Shown: positions 19,259 to 29,997, counted from the first letter of the stretch. The stretch is 64,000 nt of DNA from Candidatus Latescibacterota bacterium (GCA_965248265.1 CBDFJF010000002.1:2784001-2848000); one strand, 5' to 3'. Numbers and translations are program-made. The notes: generated by a model not told the origin, from the sequence alone.

Positions 19259-20212
19259 TTAGCCTGATGGGCAGCCTGCAAGTTTCGCAATGAGCCAATC
19301 ATAAGCGGACTTTCTCGCTTCAATCGGGAAGCTGTGACCTCCATCAAATTCGTACTTGGCTAAATCGTTGCCCTTGCCGTAGAGATCATAGAGTTCTTGG
19401 GCTTCTGAGTGAGCTGTTCGCTTGATCGTCACCATTTCCTCGGAGCCACCGATGTGATCCTGGATCCCAAACACTTCGAAGAATGGCCGCGGAGCCAGCA
19501 CCTTGAGGAGTTCCGCGTATCGAACACCATAGGGCGCATCGTCTCCGTTTAACGCCACCATGCCGCCACCGCTGATGACAGCCGCAGCAATCCGTTCATC
19601 GTGAGGCATGGTCCGCAGGACGGTGTCCGCGCCAAGGGAATGGCCAATGACTCCGATGCGCTGAGGGTCGACGCCGTCATACTGGCTGAGCACATCCATC
19701 GCCCTTATAGCATCATAAGCTGGTTTCCACCTGATTGAACCCCAGGTCCCGCCAGGGGCTGTGCAGCAGGCATCCGGGCTGTTTTCGAGGATTGAGGCGG
19801 TCTGCCAGCGCTCACGCAATTGTGGATCGAATCGCTCTCCAACTTTGTTGGCGTCCGGAGCAAGAACCACGAACCCCTCGCGTACCAGTTCGAAACCGTA
19901 AGCCTGGTCCGGCCAATGAGGGCACCTTCCGACGACCTGGTCCTTTCCGAGGTCACACTCCCAGGCACATTGGTGAAGTGCAAGAACTGCCGGCAGCTTT
20001 CCTTCTGGTCTTGACCTTGGCACAAGCAAGTATGCCGGCACGCGCTCGCCCTGCTCCGCATCATAGAACAGTTTGATCTCGGTGTGAGTGCGATATTCCT
20101 TTTGCGCGACCTCTTCAATATTCAGATGGCCTCGATCAGGGAATGGCCCACACCATTTTTGGATCTTTCCTAGAAGCTCCGCTCGCATTCGTGCATGTTC
20201 TTCCGTTTTCAT
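19259..20212 (-). CDS. Alpha/beta hydrolase (dienelactone hydrolase/esterase-like)
   Basis: GHSLG nucleophile elbow, VPAYLLVP, FDGGHSFP. Confidence 0.8.
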   Translation of the reverse strand: MKTEEHARMRAELLGKIQKWCGPFPDRGHLNIEEVAQKEYRTHTEIKLFYDAEQGERVPAYLLVPRSRPEGKLPAVLALHQCAWECDLGKDQVVGRCPHWPDQAYGFELVREGFVVLAPDANKVGERFDPQLRERWQTASILENSPDACCTAPGGTWGSIRWKPAYDAIRAMDVLSQYDGVDPQRIGVIGHSLGADTVLRTMPHDERIAAAVISGGGMVALNGDDAPYGVRYAELLKVLAPRPFFEVFGIQDHIGGSEEMVTIKRTAHSEAQELYDLYGKGNDLAKYEFDGGHSFPIEARKSAYDWLIAKLAGCPSG

Positions 20213-20235
20213 TGTGTCACCGTCACGTCAGACGT

Positions 20236-20808
20236 TTACTGGACGCTCGCAGGCCAGGCGGGCCAATATTGCACCAGCCGTCCGTCCACGAACTGGAAGG
20301 TGCCGCGAAAGGATCGCTGGTGGGTTCCTATATGCCAATGGCACTGCTCGACCTCAAGCATTCTGGGCGTGAGCACAACTTCGAGGGGTTTGACGGCTTC
20401 GGTTGGCACGGCACGTAGAAACTCAACCGTGGTCTGCACGTCTGGCTCCAAGTCTGCTGCCGCAGACTTCGTGTCTTCCGAGCTGGAGATAAATCTGGCA
20501 CCGAGTTTGACGACCCTGTCTCCGGTGCGCAAGCCCGCTGCTTCGGCAGGACCATCCGGCAGGACGAGCAAAAGAGTGCCTGCCTGCTCAGGATCCCACC
20601 ACACACCCAATTTGGGCTGGTCTGCCGTGACGGATTCGCAATCTGATGGGGGCCCACCCAGGATCCACGAAACGTCCGATTGTGTTCGCCAAACACCTTT
20701 GACCATGTCTGTCGACACCCATGCGCCGAACATAGCGTCGAACTGCTGATAGCGGTTTGCGGTACAGCCGGAGTGGGCGAGACAGAGTAATGCCGCAATG
20801 AGTCTCAT
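20236..20808 (-). CDS. PDZ-domain putative lipoprotein
   Basis: MRLIAALLCLAHSGC signal; KLGV...PDGPAEAAGLRTGDRVV PDZ motif. Confidence 0.6.
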   Translation of the reverse strand: MRLIAALLCLAHSGCTANRYQQFDAMFGAWVSTDMVKGVWRTQSDVSWILGGPPSDCESVTADQPKLGVWWDPEQAGTLLLVLPDGPAEAAGLRTGDRVVKLGARFISSSEDTKSAAADLEPDVQTTVEFLRAVPTEAVKPLEVVLTPRMLEVEQCHWHIGTHQRSFRGTFQFVDGRLVQYWPAWPASVQ

Positions 20809-21124
20809 CTGAGGGCCGTGCTTGTCCCAGATGCGGTCGACGGATATCAGCTCGGGCATGGCTCGGCCTCTCCAGATAGTTGCTCAACAAGCTTTCACGG
20901 CGACATCTAAAGGCCTAATCTCAGGCTTTCGCAGCCGTGGATGCCAGAGATAAATGGTAGCGATGTGCATGTGTGAAGGACAGGGACCACCTCGTAACAG
21001 CGTCCGGTGGTCCATCCAAGTACTGCCCGATGTGGACCCATCGACGCTGTTCGCATACCGGGTGTGATACCCTACTGAAAGGAGTGCACGATGCCCATTC
21101 CCAAGCCTGGTTCTGGATGTAGCG

Positions 21125-21556
21125 TTCGATGGGGAAGATGCTGAGGGCGTGTTTGCCCTGTGCGAGCGTTTACCCGAATTGCGCCTGATGCTCGAGCACA
21201 CCGCCGGCGTCCCCGTAGACGGCAACGCGCCCGATGGCCAATGGGTCGAACATATGCATCAAGCCGCAACTTATTCGCAGGTCTGGATGAAGGTTTCGGC
21301 TATGATGGAGCACAGCACCGTACAGCCAGCGCCTGCGGATGTCGCGTTCTACACACCGACGCTGGATGCACTCTGGGAGATCTTCGGGAAAGAGCGCATG
21401 GCGTACGCCAGCAACTGGCCGGTCTGCGAGCGCTCAGGAACCTATGCGCAGTGTATGGCTATCGTTCGGTCCTATTTTGCCGATAAGAGCGAGGACGCAC
21501 GAGAAAAATTCTTCTGGAAAAACTCGCAGAAGATCTATCGGTGGAGGGAACGATAA
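21125..21556 (+). pseudogene. Amidohydrolase (lactonase-like) C-terminal fragment
   Basis: PELRLMLEH, VWMKVSA, FGKERMAYASNWPV; N-terminal half absent. Confidence 0.7.
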
Positions 21557-21560
21557 GCCC

Positions 21561-22406
21561 ATGATCAACTTCTTCAGATCCGCCTTCACCTGGAAGGACC
21601 ATCCCTGGCGACCGGATCCAACCTACAAATGGAAGGGCGGTTTCGTGGGCGAAGCCGGGGAAGTCTACCATGTCCGCTTCAATCTGCAGTCGCGCTGCCA
21701 GGTGGTGGAAGACGCGACCGGTAGCTCCGCCGAGTTCTTTCTTGGCTCGCCGTGCCGGAGCGAATATACCATTGCCAGGCGAAACCTGTTCCAGGTTCCC
21801 AGCAACGAATACCGGATGGTATTCAGTCGAAAATCCAGCGTGCTAATCGCGAGAAGGCCAAGCAATGAGTCAGAGCGATCGATCACATCGCTGGCCGAAG
21901 ATTTACAGGATTACACGATTGACATCCGCACCTATGACGAATCAGAAGATCTTACGACCGATCAAGCCATCGTCGACGCAGCCCTCAACAACGATGTTAT
22001 GAGCGCGTTTTCGACCTATCGAGATCGAGGATTCACCGTGACCGTCGAGTATCCGGTCAACCTGATCAACGTCAACGCCGAGACACCGCAGTTCCAGGTC
22101 TGTACGGGCCCTGTCTTGCTGCCTGATCTGGTTACGTGGAACGGTGAGGAAGTGGAGCGGGTCTTTGTCGCCGATGCGGCCATCTCCGCAATGGACTGGG
22201 TCGAATTCATCCTGCGCCGCGAAGTCGAGGCCGCACCTGAAGAGCGTGCATGGCTGGATCAGCCGCGCGGTCGCGATCGCCTGGAACTGGTTGATCCCAA
22301 CAACATCCCACCGGGTTATCCCCCGGCTCGCCCCAAGCCGCTCGTATTCAACGAGACCTGGGAGATGGAAGCCACCAACGTGATAAGGCGGGCATTGAAT
22401 GCCTGA
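21561..22406 (+). CDS. Hypothetical protein
   Basis: Long ORF in operon context, RBS-like GGAGGG upstream, overlaps the next gene. Confidence 0.6.
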   Translation: MINFFRSAFTWKDHPWRPDPTYKWKGGFVGEAGEVYHVRFNLQSRCQVVEDATGSSAEFFLGSPCRSEYTIARRNLFQVPSNEYRMVFSRKSSVLIARRPSNESERSITSLAEDLQDYTIDIRTYDESEDLTTDQAIVDAALNNDVMSAFSTYRDRGFTVTVEYPVNLINVNAETPQFQVCTGPVLLPDLVTWNGEEVERVFVADAAISAMDWVEFILRREVEAAPEERAWLDQPRGRDRLELVDPNNIPPGYPPARPKPLVFNETWEMEATNVIRRALNA

Positions 22407-23511
22407 ACCGACAACCGTGTTCAGAGTAGGTCTGGTCGGCTGCGGCGGTATGGGTAGATCGCACCTGCGGTCGATTCGCGACGATTTGCCCGAATTCGAG
22501 ATCGCCTCGGTGTGCGACTTCTATCCGGCGGCCATCGAAGAAACACGGAAACAGTTCGAGGTCAGCGCGACCTACGACGATTTCGAGAACATGTATGACG
22601 CTGAGGATCTGGATCTCGTCGTCGTGGCGACGCAGACCCGCGGGCATTGCGCACCGACCGTGGCGGCGCTGGCGCGTGGCATCACGGTTCTGTGCGAGAA
22701 GCCGATTGCCATCGATCTGGTCGAGGCGGACGAGATGGTCGAAGCGGCCGCGAAATCGAGCAGTTGCCTGGCGATCAATCAGCAGAACCACGTCAGCCAG
22801 GCGATCCGCAAGGCGCAAGAGCTTGTGCGGCAGGGCACGATCGGCGAGCCTGTCCTGATCCGTGGCCTCAACAAGGGCGGCCGCAAAAGCGGCAACGAGT
22901 TCACGGAGATGGGCACCCATGTGACGGACCAGATGCTGTGTCTCGGCGGGACCGTCGAGTGGTGCTCGGGAACCCTCTATTGCGGGGAACGCCTGGCCGG
23001 AGTCGACGACATCATGGAGGCTACGACGATGTCACCGAAGGACCGGGACTCCGGATTGGTGATGGGCGAGCGCGCCGTCGGCCACTACGGGTTCGGTGGT
23101 GGCGTGTTGGGGGAAATACAGTTTCTGGGGTATGAAACGGGGTACAACCCCAACTACGGGGTGGATGTCCTCGGGACGGAGGGACAGCTGGGTGTGCGCT
23201 CAGCCAATGAGGCAGGCTTGTGGCATCTGCCGCGTCCGATGTCGGGCAGTCCGGGTGATTTCGGTGACTGGCAGAGGGTGGAAATCGGGGATGTGTCACC
23301 TGGCGTCCGTATCTCCACCATGTACCGCGAGCTCATGCAGGCGCACGCTGAGGGCGTCGACCCCTCGGCCAGCGGTGACAATGGCCGCACGGCGTTCGAG
23401 ATGATCCTGGGCCTGTACGAGTCGCACCGTGCAGGCGGTCAACGTATATCCCTGCCGCTCAGCCAACGGCATCATCCACTGGAACGCTGGCGCGCGGAGG
23501 ATGGGAGTTAA
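22399..23511 (+). CDS. Gfo/Idh/MocA family oxidoreductase
   Basis: LVGCGGMG, LCEKPIA. Confidence 0.85.
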   Translation: MPEPTTVFRVGLVGCGGMGRSHLRSIRDDLPEFEIASVCDFYPAAIEETRKQFEVSATYDDFENMYDAEDLDLVVVATQTRGHCAPTVAALARGITVLCEKPIAIDLVEADEMVEAAAKSSSCLAINQQNHVSQAIRKAQELVRQGTIGEPVLIRGLNKGGRKSGNEFTEMGTHVTDQMLCLGGTVEWCSGTLYCGERLAGVDDIMEATTMSPKDRDSGLVMGERAVGHYGFGGGVLGEIQFLGYETGYNPNYGVDVLGTEGQLGVRSANEAGLWHLPRPMSGSPGDFGDWQRVEIGDVSPGVRISTMYRELMQAHAEGVDPSASGDNGRTAFEMILGLYESHRAGGQRISLPLSQRHHPLERWRAEDGS

Positions 23512-23527
23512 TCACGGTTATCTCGGG

Positions 23528-24286
23528 CTACTCGACCATCGCCTCCCGGATGCTCTCGAGCTCGGCGTCGTTCAGGCCGATCGCCCGTACGTAGCCTTCA
23601 ATGCCACCGTGTCGCTCCTGCAGATCCTGGAGCAGGTTGAGCATTATCCCGGGTGGGCAGATCTGTTTCTCGAATTCCTGCCAGGTTATGTCGTCGGCTG
23701 AGATGTCAGGATTGTCGTCAAGGTGGCGTGCCAGCAGGAATCGACCGCTGAGGGTGTAGTCCTCGACGATGGTCTCTTCGGGGACTCCCGCGATTCCGAG
23801 TAACAACGCGGCGATCATACCCGTTCTGTCGGTGCCGGCCGAGCAGTGAAAGAGCGCCGGCAGCGAATCAGGGAGAGCCAGCAGTGACAGCGTTTCGCGC
23901 AGCTGTGACCGCCTGTTGTCGAGGATGATCGGGTACGCCAGACGCTTCATCTCAGCCATCTCCGCTGACTTCGGCCTGTCCCTGAGTTCTCGCAGTTGCA
24001 CATCTCCGGTCATGTTCTGATGGTAGTAGGTTACCTGGTCGGAGGCGAAGAAGGGATTGCTCAGCGTCTGCAGCTCCTCGCTCTTGCGCAAGTCGATGAC
24101 CGTGCGAAGGCCATAGTCCAGAAACGGCTGCAGTGAGCTCGCAGAGGTCAATCGGTGCAGGGAATCGGAGCGCAGCAGCCGGCCCCAGCGGGTAAATCTT
24201 CCGTCTTCAGTCGCATAGCCGCCCAGATCCCTGGTGTTGTAGGTCCCCGGAATTGGCAACCGGCGTTTCGGATGCACGTCAGTCAT
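23528..24286 (-). CDS. Tyrosine-protein phosphatase family protein (Y_phosphatase3)
   Basis: NTRDLGGY, VIDLR, HCSAGTDRTG P-loop. Confidence 0.85.
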   Translation of the reverse strand: MTDVHPKRRLPIPGTYNTRDLGGYATEDGRFTRWGRLLRSDSLHRLTSASSLQPFLDYGLRTVIDLRKSEELQTLSNPFFASDQVTYYHQNMTGDVQLRELRDRPKSAEMAEMKRLAYPIILDNRRSQLRETLSLLALPDSLPALFHCSAGTDRTGMIAALLLGIAGVPEETIVEDYTLSGRFLLARHLDDNPDISADDITWQEFEKQICPPGIMLNLLQDLQERHGGIEGYVRAIGLNDAELESIREAMVE

Positions 24287-24311
24287 TAGGCAACCTTCCC
24301 GATGTAAGTTT

Positions 24312-25334
24312 TCAGTCCCGCCAGAGTACGACACCCATGTGATAGCGTTGGTGCATGGGAATGCGTTGACAATAATAAGCGGTGAGAATGGTGCCGTCCG
24401 CCAACTGCACGCAGGACGGGTAGCCCCCATCCGTACCCTTGCTGCTGGTGTTTGACTCGTGGGCAGGCGTGTTGAACAGTACGCGCGGAGCATCCCAGGT
24501 GATGCCCTCATCGCGACTGATGCTGGCGTAGACACCGAGCATGCCCCGCAAGCGCACTCCGTAGGTGAGCAAGATCGACTCGTCCTGAAGCTGCAGAAGA
24601 TGGGCCGGCATATGTCGGTCAGGCGTTACCGGACCGCGACAGATCCATGATTGCCCGCCATCGACTGAGACAAAGATTTCGGTTTTGGCGGTTCTCGCCG
24701 TCCGGCATGCAGCCAGCAGCTTGCCGTCGCTTAGGACCAGCAGGTTGGTTTCGTTGTAGCGCTCGCCAATAAGCCGGGCATCGCCCCAGGTTCGCCCGTC
24801 GTCGTCGCTGAAGTAGATCCAGGCACTGTCGCCGTTCTCGTCCGCATCGTCGGGTGACGAATAGCATGAAACGGCCAGGCGATTTCCCGGCAACGTCACG
24901 ATATTTCCGAAGAGAAAGAGTTTGCTGGTTTCAGGGGCAAACACCTTGCTTTCGTGGGTCCAGGTGGTGCCGCCATCTTCAGACCTGGAGACAATAGGTG
25001 CTAGAAAGGGTTGGTAGGGTACTGGCTTCGAGGGTCGTACTCCCTTTGGGGAGATGTTACTCCTGCCGCTGCACACGACGACCAATGCACCGTCGTGTGT
25101 CAAACCCGCCGCCAAATTACCGCGAGCGGTGCCCTTTGCGTTGGGGACCGGCACGCTCAAGAATGACCAGCTTCTGCCTCCGTCCTGGCTGCGCCAGCAT
25201 TCCGCCTCGCCTTCCCACAGCAGGTGACAGGGCTCGCCGAAGACGGCGGCGACGATGCCGCCATCGGGCATAAGGGTGAGATTCGGCCAGGCGCACTTGT
25301 TGTCGATGGCTACGTATCGTTCGAGAATGTCCAC
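24312..25334 (-). CDS. Sialidase-like BNR/Asp-box beta-propeller protein
   Basis: SQDGGRSW, SEDGGTTW, SDDDGRTW, SVDGGQSW, SRDEGITW; GGYP; GTG start with GAGG RBS. Confidence 0.8.
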   Translation of the reverse strand: MDILERYVAIDNKCAWPNLTLMPDGGIVAAVFGEPCHLLWEGEAECWRSQDGGRSWSFLSVPVPNAKGTARGNLAAGLTHDGALVVVCSGRSNISPKGVRPSKPVPYQPFLAPIVSRSEDGGTTWTHESKVFAPETSKLFLFGNIVTLPGNRLAVSCYSSPDDADENGDSAWIYFSDDDGRTWGDARLIGERYNETNLLVLSDGKLLAACRTARTAKTEIFVSVDGGQSWICRGPVTPDRHMPAHLLQLQDESILLTYGVRLRGMLGVYASISRDEGITWDAPRVLFNTPAHESNTSSKGTDGGYPSCVQLADGTILTAYYCQRIPMHQRYHMGVVLWRD

Positions 25335-25568
25335 GGTTTTCCTCTCGCTGTCGTGTATGGTGAGGATTAAGGCCTTATTCGGCACTGGGTCAAGCGAACA
25401 GGCACCGGTCCTTACCGGTCAGACGGGTTCGCTGGTTGTGACAGGTTGCAAACTGGACGAACATTTCGAGAATACACGACGGTATTCGCGGGGGATGCTA
25501 ACGAGGAGGGTGCATCTCGCCGAGACTGAGTTGAAGGAATAAGGCAATCGCCGAGAGGCAGACTATCG

Positions 25569-26732
25569 ATGGGAAGGCGCTCGAGCGAAGTGTTGGATCT
25601 TCAGTGGTTTCGCACCCATCTGCTGGAGGGCATTCTGCCGTATTGGCTGCGGCATGCGGTCACGCAGACAGGGTATCTGCACCCTCACCTTGACCAGAGG
25701 TGGCAACCCACCGGGAAGAGATATGCCAGCCTGGTCTCCCAAACGAGGCTGATCTACAACTTCTGTGTGGGCTATGAGTTGACCCGGGACCCGGCCTACC
25801 GACAGGCCCTGGAGGCTGGCACGCACTTCCTGGTCGAGCATTTCTGGGACCCCAGGCACGGTGGCTGGTTCAGCGCCTGCAACCCCGATGGCAGTATCCT
25901 GCGAGAGCAAAAGGATTGCTACGGGCATGCCTTCGCGATCTTCGCGCTGGCCCACGTGGCCGGCATCACGGATGAGACGGCATGGCGGGAAGCGGCGACC
26001 AGGACTTGGGAACTCCTCCAGACACACTTTCAGGATGACTATGGCGGATTTGCACTAAGTATGACGCGGGATTTCCAAGCGAACAGTCAAACCAAGTCGC
26101 AGAATCCCGTCATGCACCTGTTCGAGGCACTCCTGGCGCTGGGAGACCTGGAGGGTATGGAAAGCATCCATCAGGACGCCCTTCGCGTGAGCGATTTCGT
26201 GGTGAAACAGCTGTGCCGGCCATCCGATCGTCGGCTTCCTGAAATCTATACTCTTGCCTGGGAGGAGTTGCCCGAAGAGGAAGACGGGAGGTTGGATCTG
26301 GGTCACGCTTTCGAATGGGCGTACCTGCTCTCGTCGGCCGTCGAGCGAGGATTTCCCGAGGCTTATCTGACGCAGGCGGATGCCTTCCTGGACTACGGGC
26401 TACAACTGGCCTACGATCCAGCAGATGGCGGCATCCGGTCGCCCGCTTCCCCGGACGGGCAGAGGGTCTGCTCGACCAAGGGGTGGTGGGAGCAGTGTGA
26501 AGCTATTCGAGCGTTGATGCACTTCGCCATCCTTCGAGGAAGGCGAGAGTTCCTGGAACCGCTGCAGCATGTCGTGGATTTCGCCAAGCACACCTATGTG
26601 GATCCCAACCATGGGGGTTGGTACAGCAGCCCCAGTTCGCGGTACAAAGGCAGCGAATGGAAGGTGGATTACCATGTGGTAGGCATGTGCCGGGAAGCCA
26701 TTCGTCTGCTGAAACAGGCAGCCGATGACTAG
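25569..26732 (+). CDS. AGE-family epimerase (cellobiose/N-acylglucosamine 2-epimerase-like)
   Basis: QTRLIY, YGHAF, NPVMHLFEA, GHAFEW, WWEQCEA, WKVDYH. Confidence 0.85.
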   Translation: MGRRSSEVLDLQWFRTHLLEGILPYWLRHAVTQTGYLHPHLDQRWQPTGKRYASLVSQTRLIYNFCVGYELTRDPAYRQALEAGTHFLVEHFWDPRHGGWFSACNPDGSILREQKDCYGHAFAIFALAHVAGITDETAWREAATRTWELLQTHFQDDYGGFALSMTRDFQANSQTKSQNPVMHLFEALLALGDLEGMESIHQDALRVSDFVVKQLCRPSDRRLPEIYTLAWEELPEEEDGRLDLGHAFEWAYLLSSAVERGFPEAYLTQADAFLDYGLQLAYDPADGGIRSPASPDGQRVCSTKGWWEQCEAIRALMHFAILRGRREFLEPLQHVVDFAKHTYVDPNHGGWYSSPSSRYKGSEWKVDYHVVGMCREAIRLLKQAADD

Positions 26733-26819
26733 TGGACAAATAAGAACGGTGTGCGATGAAGCTGGATAACGACTCGTGGTGCGAGGCGCTCAGCGAGTTC
26801 CTGGACTGGGAAGATTGAG

Positions 26820-28979
26820 ATGGGGACTGAAGACAGGACGCACTATCAAGAGACAGCTTTCAACATGGGACGTGGTGCGGCCAACCTGACGTCACTGCCC
26901 CCGTATGATCTGCGCAATGTGGAGATGAGGGTGTTTCCCATGCGAGCCAACATGGACAGCCTCCAGCGCATGGTTGACAGGTACGTGAATCTCATGCCGC
27001 CAGAAATCGCCGAGTTTCGTCCGTCGCTGCCGTACGTGCTGCTCGAGTTGGTGCACTACGGAAGGATGGCGACGAACCGGAGTGATGTCGGATGGCTGAG
27101 CCAGAGCGAAGTCGTCTTCGAGATCCCACTCGACTGGTACGTCAAGGAAGTGGACGGTAGCTACACCCACAAGGGAACGGCCTCGGTATCGCCCTTCATA
27201 TTCGTCGACCAGCCCGCCTCGCAGGCGACGGGGCGTGAGGTTTTCGGCTGGCCAAAGGTCGAAGGCTGGCCAACGTCTGGACACACTCTCGGATCGCCCA
27301 GTGATCCCAGTCGTACCCTCGTGGAGATCGAAACCAAGCTATTCCCGCATGTGCACGAGGGCGTTCCCCAGAAGGAGCTCATCCTCCGTCTGGATCGACA
27401 GAAACCACCGAAGATCTCGACGGTACCGCCAACGATGGATCAACTGCCGTCGACGGCGCTCGGACGTGGGTTCGAGGCCTGGCCGCGGTTGATGCAGCTC
27501 ATGGTTGATTCAGTGGCACAGTTCTACAGCGACCCCGAGGCCACAGTGACTCGGTTCGCAGCCATGCTGCAAGGGCTGGCCCGGCTGCGGCCCCCATCTG
27601 CCAACCTCATCAACCTGAAGCAATTCCGCGACGCACAGTATTCAACATCGATCTGCTACCAGGCGATCGTCAACTCAGAGATAAGGTTCACGAAATTCCA
27701 TGCGGGCGGTATGCTGGGTGACGAGAGTTTGCTTGGCGGCGACCCGAGCGGAGGGTACACGGTCTTCCTGAAGGACCACGAGACCCTTCCGATCCTCAAG
27801 GATTTAGGTGTCGAAGGGAACGCCGTTCCATACCACGACTCCGCCGTTGCTGTCAGGCCGGATTTCCCGTTCTGGATGGATGCCGATATGTGCTACGGAT
27901 TCGGCCAGAACATCTGCTGGCGAACCCGCAATTTGAAAGGCTGGTTCCGTTGGTCGACCAAGGGGGACACCGAGACGGTAGAATTGGTGCCCGGCAAGAA
28001 GAGTCCCGCCGCACAGGGGCATGCTTATGATACGGCGCGCGGGCCGGCGATCATCTCGCTGCCTGGTCCCTGGAAGTTCCCGAAAGCAACGTTGCGGGTG
28101 TTGCCGTTGCCTGTGCGCGATCCAGAGGCGCTGACATCATTCTGTGCGTCGTACCTGCAGAACAACATGACGTACCTGTTTGGGGTGCCGAAGAACGCGA
28201 TGGTGTACCTGCTTGTCTGGAGTTACACCGGGGTCCTGACGGACAACGTCGACGTGGGGTTCTGGGCAAGTCGCCGTGTGCATTTTTCCATTCCTATCGA
28301 CATCGAGGGCCATTTCGATCCCCTTAAATATCCTACCGGTCTATTGTCTCCGTTCGCTTTTTCTGATTCCGACATCGGGACGACGACGGCCCGCGAACTC
28401 TACGGATGGCCCACCGAGTTGAGCCAGATTCATTCACCGCAAGACAACTGGATGGACGACTGCGGCCCCGACGTATCACGGCCCCAGATACTCCTTGAAC
28501 TCAATGCCTCCGCGTTGCAATCGGTGACCGACGACGATCAGATGAAAATCCGGCCCCTCATGAAGATCGTACAGAATCCGCCAAACTTCACGGAGCCCGG
28601 ACCGGCGCCCTCCATGAATAAGATCTGGACGCAACTACAGGGCTACCTGCAGTCCGAGTATTCACTCAAACAATTCAGGGATGCTGAATCGCCCGAAGAA
28701 GCCTGCTACCAGGCAGTGGTCAAGACGACACAGCAGGTGCTGGACACGACGGTACAGATCGAACCGATGGAAAGACTGCAAGTGAGGTTGAAGCGTTATG
28801 CCAGCCAGCCGATCGCTACCACGCTGGGGCTGGTCAAGCAAGGCGCAAAAACCGATGCGAATGGAGTTGACGTCCTGACGCCGGTGCATCCGTTCTGGGC
28901 TCAGTTAGACTTTCAAGTGGGCCCCGCCCAGAATCTATGGACGGCAGCTATCGGGCCGACGAGCGCCACTACGGGTTGA
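26820..28979 (+). CDS. Tandem acetoacetate decarboxylase-like domain protein
   Basis: Two repeats: GREVFGWPK/LKQFRDA..CYQAIV and ARELYGWPT/LKQFRDA..CYQAVV. Confidence 0.65.
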   Translation: MGTEDRTHYQETAFNMGRGAANLTSLPPYDLRNVEMRVFPMRANMDSLQRMVDRYVNLMPPEIAEFRPSLPYVLLELVHYGRMATNRSDVGWLSQSEVVFEIPLDWYVKEVDGSYTHKGTASVSPFIFVDQPASQATGREVFGWPKVEGWPTSGHTLGSPSDPSRTLVEIETKLFPHVHEGVPQKELILRLDRQKPPKISTVPPTMDQLPSTALGRGFEAWPRLMQLMVDSVAQFYSDPEATVTRFAAMLQGLARLRPPSANLINLKQFRDAQYSTSICYQAIVNSEIRFTKFHAGGMLGDESLLGGDPSGGYTVFLKDHETLPILKDLGVEGNAVPYHDSAVAVRPDFPFWMDADMCYGFGQNICWRTRNLKGWFRWSTKGDTETVELVPGKKSPAAQGHAYDTARGPAIISLPGPWKFPKATLRVLPLPVRDPEALTSFCASYLQNNMTYLFGVPKNAMVYLLVWSYTGVLTDNVDVGFWASRRVHFSIPIDIEGHFDPLKYPTGLLSPFAFSDSDIGTTTARELYGWPTELSQIHSPQDNWMDDCGPDVSRPQILLELNASALQSVTDDDQMKIRPLMKIVQNPPNFTEPGPAPSMNKIWTQLQGYLQSEYSLKQFRDAESPEEACYQAVVKTTQQVLDTTVQIEPMERLQVRLKRYASQPIATTLGLVKQGAKTDANGVDVLTPVHPFWAQLDFQVGPAQNLWTAAIGPTSATTG

Positions 28980-28994
28980 TGGGTAATAGACACG

Positions 28995-29921
28995 TCAGGT
29001 TCTGCGCGCGAGCAGTGCGGCGGCGTTGAAGACGATCCGCGCCGCCGTCAGGGCAGCGTTTCCGTCCAGGTCCTTCTCGGGCGCGAATTCCACCAGGTTG
29101 AAGCCACAGAATTTCGCCTTGGCCGCCATACCGTGCAGGAGCTCGACGACATTCCAGTAGGTGAGCCCGCCAGGGGTCGGGGCCAATACGGCCGGCATGA
29201 TACTCGAATCGAGGGAGTCGCAATCGAAAGCCACGTATACCTGGCTGTCAGCACGGATCAGATCGACCACTTGCTCGATTCCGTAGCGGTGAATCTGCTG
29301 CGCAGTGACGATGCGGACTCCCCAGTCCAGGGCCTCCTGATAATCCGCTCTCCTGGCACTCCCAACCGAGCGCATGCCGACCTGGATGATGTGCTCGACC
29401 CAGGGCATCTCGGAGGCGCGGCGCATGTTGCTGCTCAGACCGCAGCGCTCGCCGTCCACTTCGTCGCGCCAGTCGATGTGGGCGTCGATCTGCAGAATGG
29501 TCACTGGTCCCCGGCCCTCGTAGGCCTGCAGGACCGGAATAGGTACGGAGTCGTCGCCGCCGAGTACGACCGGGGCGGCGCCTTTATCCAGAATTTGTTT
29601 CACGGCTCTGGTTATGGCGGCTCGGTTGCCGGCTAAGTCGCTGGCGCTCGTGGGCAGGTCTCCGGCATCCACGACAGGTCCGTATTCATCCTCTGAAAGC
29701 GAACCGTCGATTTCGAAGTCGTGATGGGTGAGTTGACCGCTGTAGACGGAGATCGCCTGGCGAATGGCTGCAGGCGATCCGGACGAATAGAGACCCGGAC
29801 CGGGGTAGGGGGTGGCTATTGGAACGCCCAGGATAGCGGATGCAGCTTCCAGTTGAGACAGGTCACGGCAGTAGGGAAGGCCGAGAAAAGTGGCCGGGTC
29901 ATGGGTGTGTACTTGTGACAT
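28995..29921 (-). CDS. Arginase/agmatinase (ureohydrolase) family protein
   Basis: GGDDS, DAHID, DCDSLD, PTPGGL; GAGGAG RBS. Confidence 0.85.
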   Translation of the reverse strand: MSQVHTHDPATFLGLPYCRDLSQLEAASAILGVPIATPYPGPGLYSSGSPAAIRQAISVYSGQLTHHDFEIDGSLSEDEYGPVVDAGDLPTSASDLAGNRAAITRAVKQILDKGAAPVVLGGDDSVPIPVLQAYEGRGPVTILQIDAHIDWRDEVDGERCGLSSNMRRASEMPWVEHIIQVGMRSVGSARRADYQEALDWGVRIVTAQQIHRYGIEQVVDLIRADSQVYVAFDCDSLDSSIMPAVLAPTPGGLTYWNVVELLHGMAAKAKFCGFNLVEFAPEKDLDGNAALTAARIVFNAAALLARRT

Positions 29922-29997
29922 GTCGGTTGTCTCCTCGTTACACGGCGTGTAAAAGACCAATTGGCTGGCCCCAAAATCGATTCTGGTGACAGGTGAG

